In this document: positions 37,292 through 49,375 of the stretch, one piece after another | How positions within the stretch are numbered: the stretch's first letter is position 1 | Layout: every line of letters begins with the position of its first letter | Source: Eledone cirrhosa | Taxonomy: Eukaryota | DNA length: 64,000 nt | Direction of reading: 5' to 3' | Assembly: GCA_964016885.1 (NCBI GenBank) | Contig: OZ024744.1 | Span: 40,114,001-40,178,000, forward strand | Program-made: the position numbers and the translations under genes | The notes under the pieces: model-generated | Told to the model about the DNA's origin: nothing | Seen by the model: only the letters and a program-made list of their open reading frames with translations | The model's database searches: none

Positions 37292-38215
37292 AATCAAACA
37301 TTCAGTTAGATTTAATAATGTAACTAACTTTCTCATTGTTAAGCTGGTGTTTGGAGTATAACATAACAAAGATTCTGACATGAAACTGTGATGGAGGGCT
37401 TTTAGATAAATATTAATTTATATATAAATTTGAGTGACTTCCTTCTATCACACAATGTGTGTGTGTTTGTGTGAATGTATGTGTATGTGTTAAAGGAAGG
37501 AAGGTGATGGTGAAAAAACTGTAGTAAAACAGCAGCTGGCATTCCATTTGCTCCGCTGTGAGTGTACGTATGTGTTTATGTAAATGTATGTGTGTGTTTG
37601 TGTGAATGTATGTGATTGTGTATTTTTGTACGTGTGTATGTGATTTCACGTTTGTATTTATATACTCATATATATAAATGTATACATATGCACATACACA
37701 CATGAACACACACATACACATATGGGTCAGCGTGTTTAAACAAATTCTAGTACTTTAAAACAAACAATTTTATATCATAAAACTTGTGACAGTTCCAAGC
37801 AGTTCAGTATCATAAAGGTTAAAAGTCATTATAAATTACGGTTGTTTTTCAAAAGTAGTTTTATTTTGTTATATATATATATATACAAATATAAATATAA
37901 ATTTAGCGAGAATCGCATTTCAGCGAGTAGAAATTAGCGAAACGCAACTTCCGAATTGTTTTGGCAAGCGCTCAATGGATATGAAGATACTAGAGCTATA
38001 AACATAAGTTTAAAAGGCCATACAAAACTGAGATGATGGTTAAGAAGCCATTAACCACCTAAGCCAAAAAAGCGAGCAAGCTAAGCAGGTCAAACAAAAT
38101 AAGATATCATTGAAATATTTACCCGGACCCTCGGGAATGATGGTAAAATCCGATATAGGGTTTCTGCGACACCTAAATCAGTTATACTGTCTGCTTATAA
38201 AAAAATAATAATATA

Positions 38216-38427
38216 TCATCATCATCATCATCATCACCGTTTTACGTCCGTTCTTCCACGCTAGCATGGGTTAGACGGGTTGTCCTGTTGTGGGCAATGT
38301 CTGGTCGGCTGACCATGCCTTGCTCATACAGGAACTGATCTGGCTTGATTTCTACAGCTGGATGCCCTTCCTAACACCAACCTCATTTACAGTGTGGGCT
38401 GGGTGCTTTTTTGCCGTGGCACCTCCA
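38216..38427 (-). mobile_element. RTE 3' end fragment
   Basis: Matches 27390-27649. Confidence 0.85.
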
Positions 38428-38658
38428 TATATATATTTATTTAAAAAAAAAAAATCAATTATTGACATTAAATTTACCTGTCAGCAAATGTTATAATTAA
38501 AGTCTAAACAAACAATGAATAAAATAATAAAATTTGTTTAACCGTATTTATTGGTGAATAATATTCATTTTTTAAAATTTCTACCTACATCCTATGCACA
38601 AATAGTACGAATAAAATATAATATTAATAATAATAAAATAATAATAATAATAATAATA

Positions 38659-38833
38659 ATTGTTTTACTTTAGGCACAAGGCCAGCAATTACCCAGTGCA
38701 TTACTGGTACTTTATTTTATCGACCCCGTAAGGATGAAAGGCAAAGTCAACCTCGGCGGTATTTGAACTCAGATCGTAAAGGGACGTAACTATGCTGGAA
38801 AGCATGGCGTCCGACCCTCTACCGATACTGCCA
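38659..38833 (-). mobile_element. SINE-A
   Basis: Matches the family consensus. Confidence 0.88.
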
Positions 38834-39839
38834 AAAGGTGGAAAAGGTCTTATCAGCATAGAGGACTGTGTTCAGATGGCGAAAAACAACCTGCACAAAT
38901 ACATGACTGACAGTAGGGAGCCAATGCGCAAAATTGTACTGAAGGAGGAGACAATAGACCAGGGGATGTCCAAGGAGGAAATAACAACAAGGAGGAAAAG
39001 CAACCTTCATGAAAAATCCCTTCATAGTACCTTCTTTAAGAAAACTGAATTTAGAGATCCACAGACATGGAACTGGTTAAAAAGATGAGACCTTAAAAAG
39101 GCTACAGAAGGAATGCTAATGGCTGCGCAAGAGCAGGCCCTCAGAACGAAGTGGGTGAAACACCATATTTACAAGGAGGAGGCTAGCCCACTGTGCAGGA
39201 TCTGTGGAGAGAGAGAGGAGACTGAGGCTCAAATTGTGTCCGAGTGTAAACACCTAGCCCAGACTCACTATAAAGGCTGGAGACATGATGTGATGGGCAG
39301 GGTGATCCACTGGCACCTATGCAAAGTAAACAATTTACCACATTCTGAGAAGTGGTATGAGCATAAGCCAGAGGCGGTGATAGAAAACGATCAGGTGAAG
39401 GTGCTATGGTATTTTAGGATACAGACGGACAAGAAACTGGAACACAATAGACCTGACTTGGTGGTTTTGGACAAGGAAAAAAGATTGTGCCTGATTGTAG
39501 ATGTAGCCTGCCCATTTGACATGAGATTGCAAGAAAAGGAGAGGGAGAAAACTAACCGATACCAGGACTTAAAGTGGGAGGTAAAAAGGATTTGGAACTG
39601 CCATGAGGTCAAAGTGGTCCCGATTGTCTTAGGCGCACTAGGTACTATCTCAAAGAGTTTCCAAGGATGGTTAAAGAAGATTACTCCAGCCCCACTTTTT
39701 GGAACACTTCAAAAGGCATGCTTGCTAGGAACAGCAAGAACCCTCCGATACGTCCTGAATATCTGAGGCTGCAGGTAGCGGCTTGATATTCATTCCAACA
39801 AACTTTCCAGTTAACTAACATCAATGACTGAGACTCAAA

Positions 39840-39876
<37 letters not shown>
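38834..39876 (+). mobile_element. 5'-truncated R4/Dong-type retrotransposon (restriction-like endonuclease) with (TAA)n tail
   Basis: GGKGL; AAQEQALRT; CRICGEREET..IVSEC; RHD; RPDLVVLD..IVDVACP..EK..RY; VVPIVLGALG. Confidence 0.9.
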
Positions 39877-39877
<1 letters not shown>

Positions 39878-42800
39878 TTTTCTTTATTAACCACAAGGGT
39901 TTACATAAAGTAGACATTAAGGACAGTACAGGACAATACAGGACGGTACAAATGGGCATTTCTGCGTGTAAAAAAAACAGAGGTTGAAATAAAATAACAA
40001 AGAAAAATTCCCCAATAGGGGGGAGACTTCCAAGGGACATTTGTGGAGAAAGCCCATTAAAAGACCACAGTGGCCCTGACCACCAGGGCAAGGCCCTCTC
40101 CCAGTTTTCCACCTTTAATTTACAGACACATACTCAGAGAAGGCCCATTCATTCAGGCCATACTTGCTTCTCTCAGCCATCTTTCAACAAAATGCTGGGA
40201 AGAGAGCACTTCCCTCTCTACCCTGATTTTCCTTTTCAAATGAAATTTGAAAAAGTTAATCAGGGCATCACCGAAGAGGTAAGTGCTCGTCTTCAGCCCT
40301 TTCAAACGTGTCCACCATACTATCTCTTTCGCCATGGCAACCAGACAGATAAAAACTGCCTGCCCTTCCCGGCTAAAGGAAGGGGGCGGGGCAATCCTCA
40401 CGATGGACTCAGCTGATAGCTGGATCCGTCCTACACGTGACAGCAGGTGTTCGACATAAACCCACAAGTCAGCAATGCTCGGACACTGGACGAGTGCGTG
40501 CAGGACGGTTTCGTCGCCCTGCGCGCATCTCGGACATGCCCGGCTGACGGCACCTCCATGCCTGTAGAGTTTATCCCGAACTGGCAAAGCTCCTCGGTAG
40601 CACTGCCAGGCCAGGGATTTCTGGAAGTTGTCCATAGGCCCCGGCCCGAAAGTCCTTCCGAAGAGATTGGCTAGTTGATTTTCGTCGACGCCTAGAGTTT
40701 CTCCAAGTACGTCGTCGCTCTTCCCCTCCACTAATCCCCTATAGAACGCCAAGGTGGAGTTTCCACCGATCACATTGCCCGATTGGCCGAGGGCTGTGAG
40801 CGCCTGAAGACATTCCAGTCTCCAAGCGCTCCCTCTCGATCTTCGCTTGACCCAGGATTGCAGCTCCGTCAAGGAGACGAGCTGGGGAAAAACGTGTCTA
40901 GCAAACGGCGACCACACCTGATCACCGTCGAGGAAGAGGTGGAGATGTCGTAGCCTGAGCGCGTGTCTGCGCATCATCAGCCACGGCATGCCTAGCCCTC
41001 CACGTAGCGGGTGTTGACAGCAGATAGACCGCCTGACCATCGGAGCGCGTCCCTTCCACAAGAAGCGAAAGAGCAAACGCTCCAGCGCAGTCAGGCGGGG
41101 CTTAGGACAAGGTACGACGGTCAGGCGGTAGTAGATGACGGATGCGATGTACGCATTCGCCACCTCCGCTCGACCTTTCAGGGATAGCTTCCTCTCGGCC
41201 CATTTCTGGGTGAGAGAAGCCACCCGGCTCGTCACCTCGTCCCAGTTTTTGTCCGTCTGGAGGTCTGGACCGAACCAGACCCCTAGCAATTTAACCGGTC
41301 CGTCCGTCCAGCGCCCGACAACGCTGTTGGACGGCATGGACCTACCTCTCCAGGTGCCGAGCTGCAGGCCCACAGACTTTTCCTGGTTGATCATTGCTCC
41401 TGTCACCGCTTCGTATTCTCTTAGTGTAGTGCCGATCGCCTCGATGTGTTTGGCGTTCGACACCACTACGGTGACATCGTCGGCATATGCTGACACGGAT
41501 CTTCCGCATCCTAGTTCGCGCGGGACCCCCCTCAACGTCTCCAGTTTGTGCAGTAATGGTTCGAGAGTCAATACGTACAATAGGGACGAGAGGGGACATC
41601 CTTGGCGGACCGAGCGTATGATATTGAACGGTTCCGAAAGGTGACCGTTCACTCTCACTACAGAGCAGATGTCGCTGTGCATGGCAGCGATCCAGCCTCT
41701 GAAGACGGGCCCAAAGCCAGCCGCCCTCAGGACTACCGCTAGGTAACGATGGTCGACCCTATCGAAGGCTTTTGACTGATCTAAATTGATCAAAGACCCA
41801 ACCGTGCCAGGTTCCCTAGCTACCCTCTCTACGATGTATCGCATGAGGTGGAGGTTGTCGTGGATGGATCTGTCGGGAATGGCGCATGTCTGTGCCTCTC
41901 CCACCAGACCACCAACGACAAGCGCCAACCTCTTTGCTAGCACCTTGGCCAAAATCTTGAACTCTGTGTTTAGCAGAGTTATGGGCCTAAAATTATCTAT
42001 GTTATCCCCCTTGTTCGGATCCTTTCTCAGCAGCGCCACCGCTCCTCGGCTCACAGAACTGGGAATTCTCCCGTTCTGTTGCCAGTTGCAGTAGACGTCT
42101 GCCAAGAGGCCTCCGAACAAGTTTGGCATTTGTACGTAAAGTTCATAGGGCAGACCATCCAAACCAGGCGATTTACCCCTTGTGCAACTAGTCATTGCAT
42201 CCCGTACTTCAGCGGTTGTTATCGGCTTTTCGCAACACTCCGCCTCAGTGGCCGAAAGCCGCGGCAGTCCGTCGAGGTAGACACTAAAGTCCATCCCTCT
42301 ATCCGGCCCGCCACTGCCCCCGAACAGTTGAGCGAAGTGTCGCTGAAAAGCTTCACACATTTGCCCGGGATCGAGTAGCATGCGCCCGTCGTGGTCCACC
42401 AAAGACCGGATCGTGGCTTTGTTGCCACGACGCGCCTCCGCCACTCGGGCCCATTGAACGGCTTTCGTCCCCTCGTGTCTGAGAGCACGCACCCTAGCTC
42501 TGACAACGCAGCCTTCGTGCTTTGCATTGAAGAATTGGTCAAGAGCCAATTTCGCCGCAAGTACGTCGGTCGCGATGCCTTTGCTAAGCGCCTCATCTAA
42601 TTTTCTAACTAATTCTCCCTCTGCTCTATTTTTCTCTATTGCTAAAGTCTTACTAAACCTAATGGACTCTATTCTAATTGCTCTTTTCAGAGCAAACCAC
42701 CACTTGTTGTTGACGATGGCCCCCGTCAACGCCCGCTTAACTAGTTCGCTAATCCGGTCTCTGTAGGCCTTGCGCGCTGGTAAGGACGCGTTTAGCTTCC

Positions 42801-43762
42801 AGTAGCCGGGTCCTTGTCTATGAAGCCTATCTAAGTCAAGCACACAGATCACGAATTTGTGGTCCGTGTAGCTGACTCTCTTGAATTGTGGACAGCCTAT
42901 GCTAGACCTATCTATTTCCCTACAAAATACTCTATCTAGATATGATCTGGATGACCCTATTCGATTTGTCCAAGTCCACATTGGTACATTCGGGAAATCC
43001 ATTCGGTACCTGTCAGACAGTTCAAAACGCCTGAGCAGGTTGGTGAGGCTCTTGCACTCTCCACCCCTATCCGCTAATCCCACACAGTCCCAGCGTGCAT
43101 CTAAGATCCCGTTCCAGTCGCCCACTAACACTAAAGAGCAGGACGTTCCAAGAAAGGTCTTCAGACGCCGGAAGAAATCAGGCCGCCCTGCTCCTGACGG
43201 GGCATAGACGGCCACTAGCCTGAAAGCTTGCCCGTCTCCGCTGGTCACGTCCAGCACCACCAACTTACCTTCTGGGTCCAGGAAGATGGCCTGTATGGCA
43301 AGATCCAAACCTCTCCGAAAAAGCACAGCAACTCCACCCCACGATCCCGGACGGCTGGGAGATGCGTACACATCGTAGTCACCGAAGATCGGTGCGAAGG
43401 CCCGTGCTTCGGAGATTTTGGTCCCGCTGATGGCCACTACATCTATGTTTAGTGACCTGAGGTCGTTGAGCAGGTGGCCCTGCTTCCATGACGACCCCAA
43501 GCCACGCGCATTTATGCTGCCTATTCTGAGTGAGGTCATGTTGAAATGGAGTGGAAAAGATGGGAAAGACCACTTACCTTACTTCTCGTAGAGGAAGGAC
43601 GGTTTCTCCATCCTTTTCACTGCTTGTGGCCTCCTCAGGAAGGATGTCCTTATAAATCCTCCTGGAGAGTACTTGTCGGAAGCCTCCGATGTCTTTGTGA
43701 AATTTTTGTTTTAGTGTCATGTACGTTTTCTGTGTGATGCGAGTGATTTGTATGTGTGGAGG
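39877..43762 (-). mobile_element. L1/Tx1-type copy 3 (end of ORF1, ORF2, 3' UTR)
   Basis: Highly similar to 20908-24793; 3' end abuts (TTA)n. Confidence 0.96.
40153..43539 (-). CDS. Nearly intact ORF2, 1128 aa (APE-RT-zinc finger)
   Basis: All RT motifs in one frame; CGA>TGA stop 11 codons earlier than in copy 2. Confidence 0.95.
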   Translation of the reverse strand: MTSLRIGSINARGLGSSWKQGHLLNDLRSLNIDVVAISGTKISEARAFAPIFGDYDVYASPSRPGSWGGVAVLFRRGLDLAIQAIFLDPEGKLVVLDVTSGDGQAFRLVAVYAPSGAGRPDFFRRLKTFLGTSCSLVLVGDWNGILDARWDCVGLADRGGECKSLTNLLRRFELSDRYRMDFPNVPMWTWTNRIGSSRSYLDRVFCREIDRSSIGCPQFKRVSYTDHKFVICVLDLDRLHRQGPGYWKLNASLPARKAYRDRISELVKRALTGAIVNNKWWFALKRAIRIESIRFSKTLAIEKNRAEGELVRKLDEALSKGIATDVLAAKLALDQFFNAKHEGCVVRARVRALRHEGTKAVQWARVAEARRGNKATIRSLVDHDGRMLLDPGQMCEAFQRHFAQLFGGSGGPDRGMDFSVYLDGLPRLSATEAECCEKPITTAEVRDAMTSCTRGKSPGLDGLPYELYVQMPNLFGGLLADVYCNWQQNGRIPSSVSRGAVALLRKDPNKGDNIDNFRPITLLNTEFKILAKVLAKRLALVVGGLVGEAQTCAIPDRSIHDNLHLMRYIVERVAREPGTVGSLINLDQSKAFDRVDHRYLAVVLRAAGFGPVFRGWIAAMHSDICSVVRVNGHLSEPFNIIRSVRQGCPLSSLLYVLTLEPLLHKLETLRGVPRELGCGRSVSAYADDVTVVVSNAKHIEAIGTTLREYEAVTGAMINQEKSVGLQLGTWRGRSMPSNSVVGRWTDGPVKLLGVWFGPDLQTDKNWDEVTSRVASLTQKWAERKLSLKGRAEVANAYIASVIYYRLTVVPCPKPRLTALERLLFRFLWKGRAPMVRRSICCQHPLRGGLGMPWLMMRRHALRLRHLHLFLDGDQVWSPFARHVFPQLVSLTELQSWVKRRSRGSAWRLECLQALTALGQSGNVIGGNSTLAFYRGLVEGKSDDVLGETLGVDENQLANLFGRTFGPGPMDNFQKSLAWQCYRGALPVRDKLYRHGGAVSRACPRCAQGDETVLHALVQCPSIADLWVYVEHLLSRVGRIQLSAESIVRIAPPPSFSREGQAVFICLVAMAKEIVWWTRLKGLKTSTYLFGDALINFFKFHLKRKIRVEREVLSSQHFVERWLREASMA

Positions 43763-44022
43763 AGAGGCGGTTGCGCTGGTATGGACATGTGATGCGTATG
43801 AAGGATGACAGCTGCATAAAAAGGTGCAGAGCACTAGAAGTCAATGGAAACCGTGGAGTGGGGAGACCCAAGAAGACCTGGGCTGAGGTGATAAAAGCCG
43901 ACCTTACCCCAAAAAAGGCTATGACACACAACCATGACCTCTCGCGTCACGCAGTAATACAGAGTACCCGACCTCTCATAGGTACAAGCTGAAGCTGAAG
44001 CATAGACAATATGCCCCCACAC
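43760..44022 (+). mobile_element. RTE fragment
   Basis: ERRLRWYGHVMRMKDD..GRPKKTW; matches 27097-27370. Confidence 0.88.
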
Positions 44023-44029
44023 CCGTGGT

Positions 44030-44672
44030 TGTGGAGATGCGCGCAGTGGAAAGAAAACGTCCTGCACACACTCGTCAAGTGTTGGAGCATTGCAGACTTA
44101 TGGGTTTATGTCGAACACCTGTTGCCGTGTGTAGGAGGATTGCCCCACCCTCTTCTTTTAGCCAGGAAAGGCAGGCAGTTTTTATCTGCCTGGTGGCCAT
44201 AGCAAAAGAGGTTGTGTGGTGGACGCATTTGAAAGGGCTGAAGACAAACACTTACTACTTCGCTGATGCCCTGATTAACTTTTTCGAATTTCATTTGGAA
44301 AGGAAAATCAGGGTAGAGAGGGAAGTGCACTCTTCCCAGCATTTTGTTGAAAGATGGGTGAGAAAGGCAAGCATGGCCCAAGTGAATGGGCCTACTCTGA
44401 GTATGTGCCTGTAAATTGAAGGAGGAAAACTGGGAGAAGGCACTTTGCCCTGGTGGTCAGGGTTACACTGGTTTTTTTAATGGGCTATCTCCACGAGTGA
44501 TCCTCGGAGGTCTCCCCCCTATTGGGAAATTTCTTTTGTTTTATTTTTTTTATTACGTCCTTTGTTTTTTCTTTATATGCAGAAATGCCCATTTGTACCA
44601 TCCTGTACCGTCCTGTGTTGTCCTTATAGTTATACTTTATGTCAACCCTTGTGGTTAATAAAGACAATATTA
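44030..44672 (+). mobile_element. Diverged L1/Tx1-type 3' fragment (copy 4)
   Basis: RIAPPSSF..NGPTLSMCL*, 3' UTR, AATAAAGAC. Confidence 0.9.
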
Positions 44673-44679
44673 TCATAAT

Positions 44680-44875
44680 CGGTGGATTGGCAGTATCGGT
44701 AGAGGGTCGGACGCCATGCTTTGACGCATAGAGTTACGTCCCTTGCCATTCTGAGTTCAAAGCCCGCCAAGGTTAACTTTGCCTTTCATCCTCATGGGGT
44801 CGATGAAATAAAGTACCAGTAATGCACTGGGTAATTGCTGGCTTTGTGCCAAAAGTAGAAACAATTATTATTATT
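44680..44875 (+). mobile_element. SINE-A
   Basis: Matches the family consensus. Confidence 0.9.
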
Positions 44876-44984
44876 GTTGTTATTTTTATTACTGTTTTTC
44901 CTTTTCCTTCAGTATTGTTCCTGGTATATGCTGAAACAATACTGAAGGAAAAGGAAAAACAGTAAAAAAAAAACAATTATAAGA

Positions 44985-45212
44985 ATCATCATCATCAACA
45001 ACACTGTTTTACGTCCGTTCTTCCACGCTAGCATGGGTTAGACGGGTTGTCCTGTTGTGGGTAATGTCTGGTCGGCTGACCTTGTCTTGCGCATGCGGGA
45101 ACTGATTCTGGCTTGATTTTTACAGCTGTATGCCCTTCCTAACACCAACCTCATTTACAGTGAGTGCTGGGTGCTTTTTTTCCATGGCACCTACACGTCC
45201 ACTTTACAGTGT
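44985..45212 (-). mobile_element. RTE 3' UTR fragment
   Basis: Matches 27420-27649. Confidence 0.85.
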
Positions 45213-45633
45213 GGTTGATGGCACTTCCATACCTGTAGAGCTTATCCGGAAATGGCAAAGCTCCCCGGTAGCACTGCCAGGCCAGGGATTTCTAGAAATT
45301 GTCCATGGGCCCCGGCCTGAAAGTTCCTCTGAAGAGATTGGCTAGTTAATCTTCGTTGACACCCAGAGTCTCCCCAAAGACGACATCACTCTATCCCTCC
45401 ACTAACCCGCTGTAGAACGCCAAGGTGGAGTTTCTACCAATTACATCGCCCAACTGGTGGAAAGCTGGGAGCGCCTGAAGACATTCCAGTCTCCAAGCAC
45501 TTCCTCTCGGTCTATGCTTGACCCAGGACTTCAGCTCCATCAAGGAGACGAGCTGGGGAAAGACGCATCTAGCAAACAGTGCCCACATCTGTTCGCCATT
45601 GAGGAAGAGGTGGAGATGTCTTAGCCTGAGTGC
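45213..45633 (-). mobile_element. Diverged L1/Tx1-type ORF2 internal fragment
   Basis: ALRLRHLHLFL..SAWRLECLQAL..GNSTLAFY-like sequence. Confidence 0.88.
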
Positions 45634-46402
45634 AAAGTTAAACAAAAGTAAAGCTCAGCAAAAGATATGATTAACAGGTCACTGCATGAGATATAAGGAA
45701 GAAATAGCCAAACCAACAATACAGAACTTTATGATATTATGCCAGAGAATAGAAAGTCACTGTGTGAGACATCCTGGAGAAATAGCCTGAAATCTAATGC
45801 TATGGAAGTTACTATACAGATATAAACCATGAAGAACAAACCATAAATTTTATTGTCATACATTGTACTGTAGACTGTATTGGAAATATGAAGTGTTGTT
45901 GTAGCAAGCCATCTGACATAAGTTTGATAGAAAGATCAGCGGAGATGAGATGAGATATTATATATCATCGTCATTTAACATTCGTTTTCCCTGTTAGCAA
46001 AGGTTGGATGGGTTATCACAAACCAAGTCAGTACTTTATTGGAGCCATTGATGTTTGGATCATAGTAACTTATCTGTAAACATCAAATTGATATGGTTTG
46101 TCAGAAAGGATTTTCTTCAAATGCAAGATTAAAATTTCACAAGCAAGTTCCCTCTGGAGAAAGGCTCCCTTGTGAAAATTACTGAAAAGCATATTCTAGG
46201 AATAGGTGATTTTTGTCACATCACATTAATCAGAACCACCTAAAAACAGAAGAAAACCCTTAACAGAAAGTTTTATTGTGGAAACCTTTTTCAAAAGATC
46301 ACTTTACACATCAGAAACATTTTATAGTTAAGCATAAAAGCAACATTGATGTAATATTTACCAAGAAAGAATTTTATGAAACTCTGTTATCATATAATAA
46401 AT

Positions 46403-46515
46403 AATTGTTTCTACTTTTGGCACAAGGCCAGCAATTACCCAATGCATTACTGGTACTTTATTCTATCGACCCCGGAAGGATGAAAGGCAAAGTTAACCTT
46501 GGCGGGATTTGAACA
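46403..46515 (-). mobile_element. SINE-A, partial
   Basis: Matches the family consensus. Confidence 0.85.
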
Positions 46516-47544
46516 TAATAAATAATGTTAGAGAGAATTCTTCCTCAAATTTTATATTTAACATTTTAATTGTTAGTTATTGAATCATAAACCTTTACAC
46601 TTCAGCATACAAAAGAAAGGAAAGGAGCCGATTATTTCCATTGGCCTTTCTTTTGCTAAAGTTACCTGTCAGTTGCAATTCTTGGCAGAAGTAGGTAGGA
46701 TTTGTATTCAGTTGGAGAGTAAACTTGCCATCATAATTTTATGTAGGAACTTTTGTTAAGTTATACTCCAAAACCAACTTACTAATGAGAAAGTTATTTT
46801 ACTAAATATTTGTAAATTCTTTATTATTTTTAAAGTTGTTTCAAAATCATAGGCAATGTTTTTCATTAGAAATATAGTAATGAAAGGGTTTGTAGCAAGC
46901 TACTTTCCTTTGTCACATTGATAGGCTATCCGGGCGTGATTTGGCTAAGTCAGGCCAATCATGAGCCGCGTACGGATATGTACTTTCAACTTCCGCCCAA
47001 ATGGAGACTTTCCCGCTTCTTTCAATAAATTCATTCTCTTGTTGCTTCAACTGTGAAAAGGTAAACAACCATTATTTTTTTGCCCCACAACCATTAGCCA
47101 ATATATAACGACAACAATATAACCACGGGCCTGGCCAACACTTCAGCCAGTTGACCGTGCCTTCTGAAATCTTAATTTGTTTGTTTCATTTGTTTGGCAT
47201 GCCAGCTCAGCTCAATCTTTGTAATCCCTTTGTAAATAAAATATGTAAAAACATTGTAAAGTCTTGTGATGCTATTTACCACAGCCAGCCTTTAAATGTG
47301 ATATGGAAAGATTCCTTCCAGAGTTATTATCACAGCAGCAACAGAACCTGAGACTACAGCCGAACCTCAATTCAACTTACATTTATTGATATAACAAACC
47401 ATACCTTTCCTGCTACAACAAAATACATATTGTCCTTGATATTATTATTACATGGCATAATACTTATTAACCAGCTAAAGTGGTGACCTGCCATACAAAA
47501 TAATCTTATGCTAGAAATGGTGACATACCATTATCATTATTTTA

Positions 47545-47732
47545 GCGGTGGATTGGCAGTATCGGTGGAGGGTCAGACGCCATGCTTTCCAGCATAGTTA
47601 CGTCCCTTTACGATCTGAGTTCAAATCCTGCCGAGGTTGACTTTGCCTTTCATCCTTACGGGGTCGATAAAATAAAGTACCAGTAATGCACTGGGTAATT
47701 GCTGGCCTTGTGTCTAAAGTAGAAACAATTAT
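47545..47732 (+). mobile_element. SINE-A
   Basis: Matches the family consensus. Confidence 0.9.
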
Positions 47733-47835
47733 TTTATAATCCTATTGCTATAGGTTAATTATATATTCAGAAATGTATTGTTAAGGAAATGTCAGAACTA
47801 TGAACAGAAATAACAGAGTAGAGAGGAGGATTCAA

Positions 47836-48069
47836 CCCTTTTGTTACTGTGTTTCTTATGAAATACACTGCCTTTATGTATTAAGTAATTTTGAAAATTC
47901 AATGTAATCCAACCTTTTCATGAGTACACTAATGTGTGAAAAATTACTGAACAAAAATTTATTAAATAAAATTATGATGAAAGGTTTTAATATATGTATG
48001 AACATTTAAAAATGAGTAGTAGTGTATTATAGAACCAGGATGGTTTCATGTGGGTTGGCATCAAAAGGG
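47836..48069. mobile_element. MITE-like element with piggyBac-like ends
   Basis: TCAA|CCCTTTTGTTAC..GGCATCAAAAGGG|TTAA. Confidence 0.55.
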
Positions 48070-48938
48070 TTAATCCTTTTTTATGACAAGGTAACCTTTT
48101 TGGTGCTGTTGCCACAATAAAATATACTAAGCATGCTCTGTAAAATGTTTGACAAATAGATGGAAATAATGTAGTGTAGTATTGTTAAGATATTGAAATA
48201 TATCTAATGCTCATAAGATATAGTGAAGGTAAACAATGTAGTTAGTCACACTTTTTCTACCATATGCCTTGTTTTTGAATCTACAACTTTAGTTTAGCAT
48301 ATCGTTTTACCAATTTATTCAATTACTGGTTTCAGTCTTGAAGATATTTATGTCATCATATCAATCCCAGTACATATTTTATCAATCTCTTTTTTCCGAG
48401 CCACTAAATTATGGGACATAAACAAAGAATAAATGTGAATCCATGTGCTTGTATGGTGGGATTGAACCCCCAAAACATGTGGATGCAAAGCAAGCTTCTT
48501 AAATATACAACCATGACTGCATCTATGTAGAAATAAAAAAACTTCCAATCATTTTTATTACATTACATTTATTCTAAGATTGTCTCAGTCAGCTTAGAAG
48601 AACCCTGTGTGAACCTGGGCTATGTTTAACTGTGATTGTGTAATCTGCTCCCTAGTGGTTAAATGACTACTAGAATACTTGTGAAGTTCATGAGATACAA
48701 GTAAGGTTAAACAATTATAGTTAAATATACATGTTCTAATTCAATGGTTAGAAGCTGTCAGTTCGCCTTAGTGTAATTATTATTGTGGCTGTGTGGTATA
48801 CAACAGGTATATGTTCTGGTTTCTGTAGGTGATGCTATATACGTTTCCAATCTTGAAAATGTATTATCTTAATTTATCATAGATATGTTAAAACATTTTA
48901 ACCATTTATGTTATATTATAACATGTATGTATGTATAA

Positions 48939-49128
48939 TAATTGTTTCTACTTTTGGCACAAGGCCAGCAATTACCCAGTGTATTACTGGTACTTTATTT
49001 TATCGACCCCGTAAGGATGAAAGGCAAAGTTAACCTCGGCGGGATTTGAACTCAGAATGGCAAGGGACGTAACTCTATGCGTCAAAGCATGGCGTCCGAC
49101 CCTCTACCGATACTGTCAATCCACCGCC
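48939..49128 (-). mobile_element. SINE-A, full length
   Basis: Matches the family consensus; sits within an (ATGT)n-like flank. Confidence 0.92.
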
Positions 49129-49138
49129 TATGTATGTA

Positions 49139-49337
49139 TAATAATAATGAAATTATTGTGTAAAGTGCTCAGGTGCACTACAACTCGTCAAAGGTGCATG
49201 TATAGTACATAGAATAATATACAAATGTTAGGGAAGTGAATAGTGTATGAGTCATGATATACATGTGTGTGGAGGAGAATATTAGGTGTAGTGTTGGCGA
49301 ATCTCAGGAAGGATGGAGGTTTTAAAGGATGCAGTGT
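49139..49337 (-). mobile_element. CR1-type 3' fragment
   Basis: Reverse complement of 59591-59795. Confidence 0.85.
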
Positions 49338-49375
49338 TTTGTATGTATGTATGTGTGTGTGTGTGTGTGTGTGTG

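Noticed and set aside
46130-46260. Possible zinc-finger exon remnant (..SGER..)
   Set aside because: Too degenerate; no open frame or clear splice context
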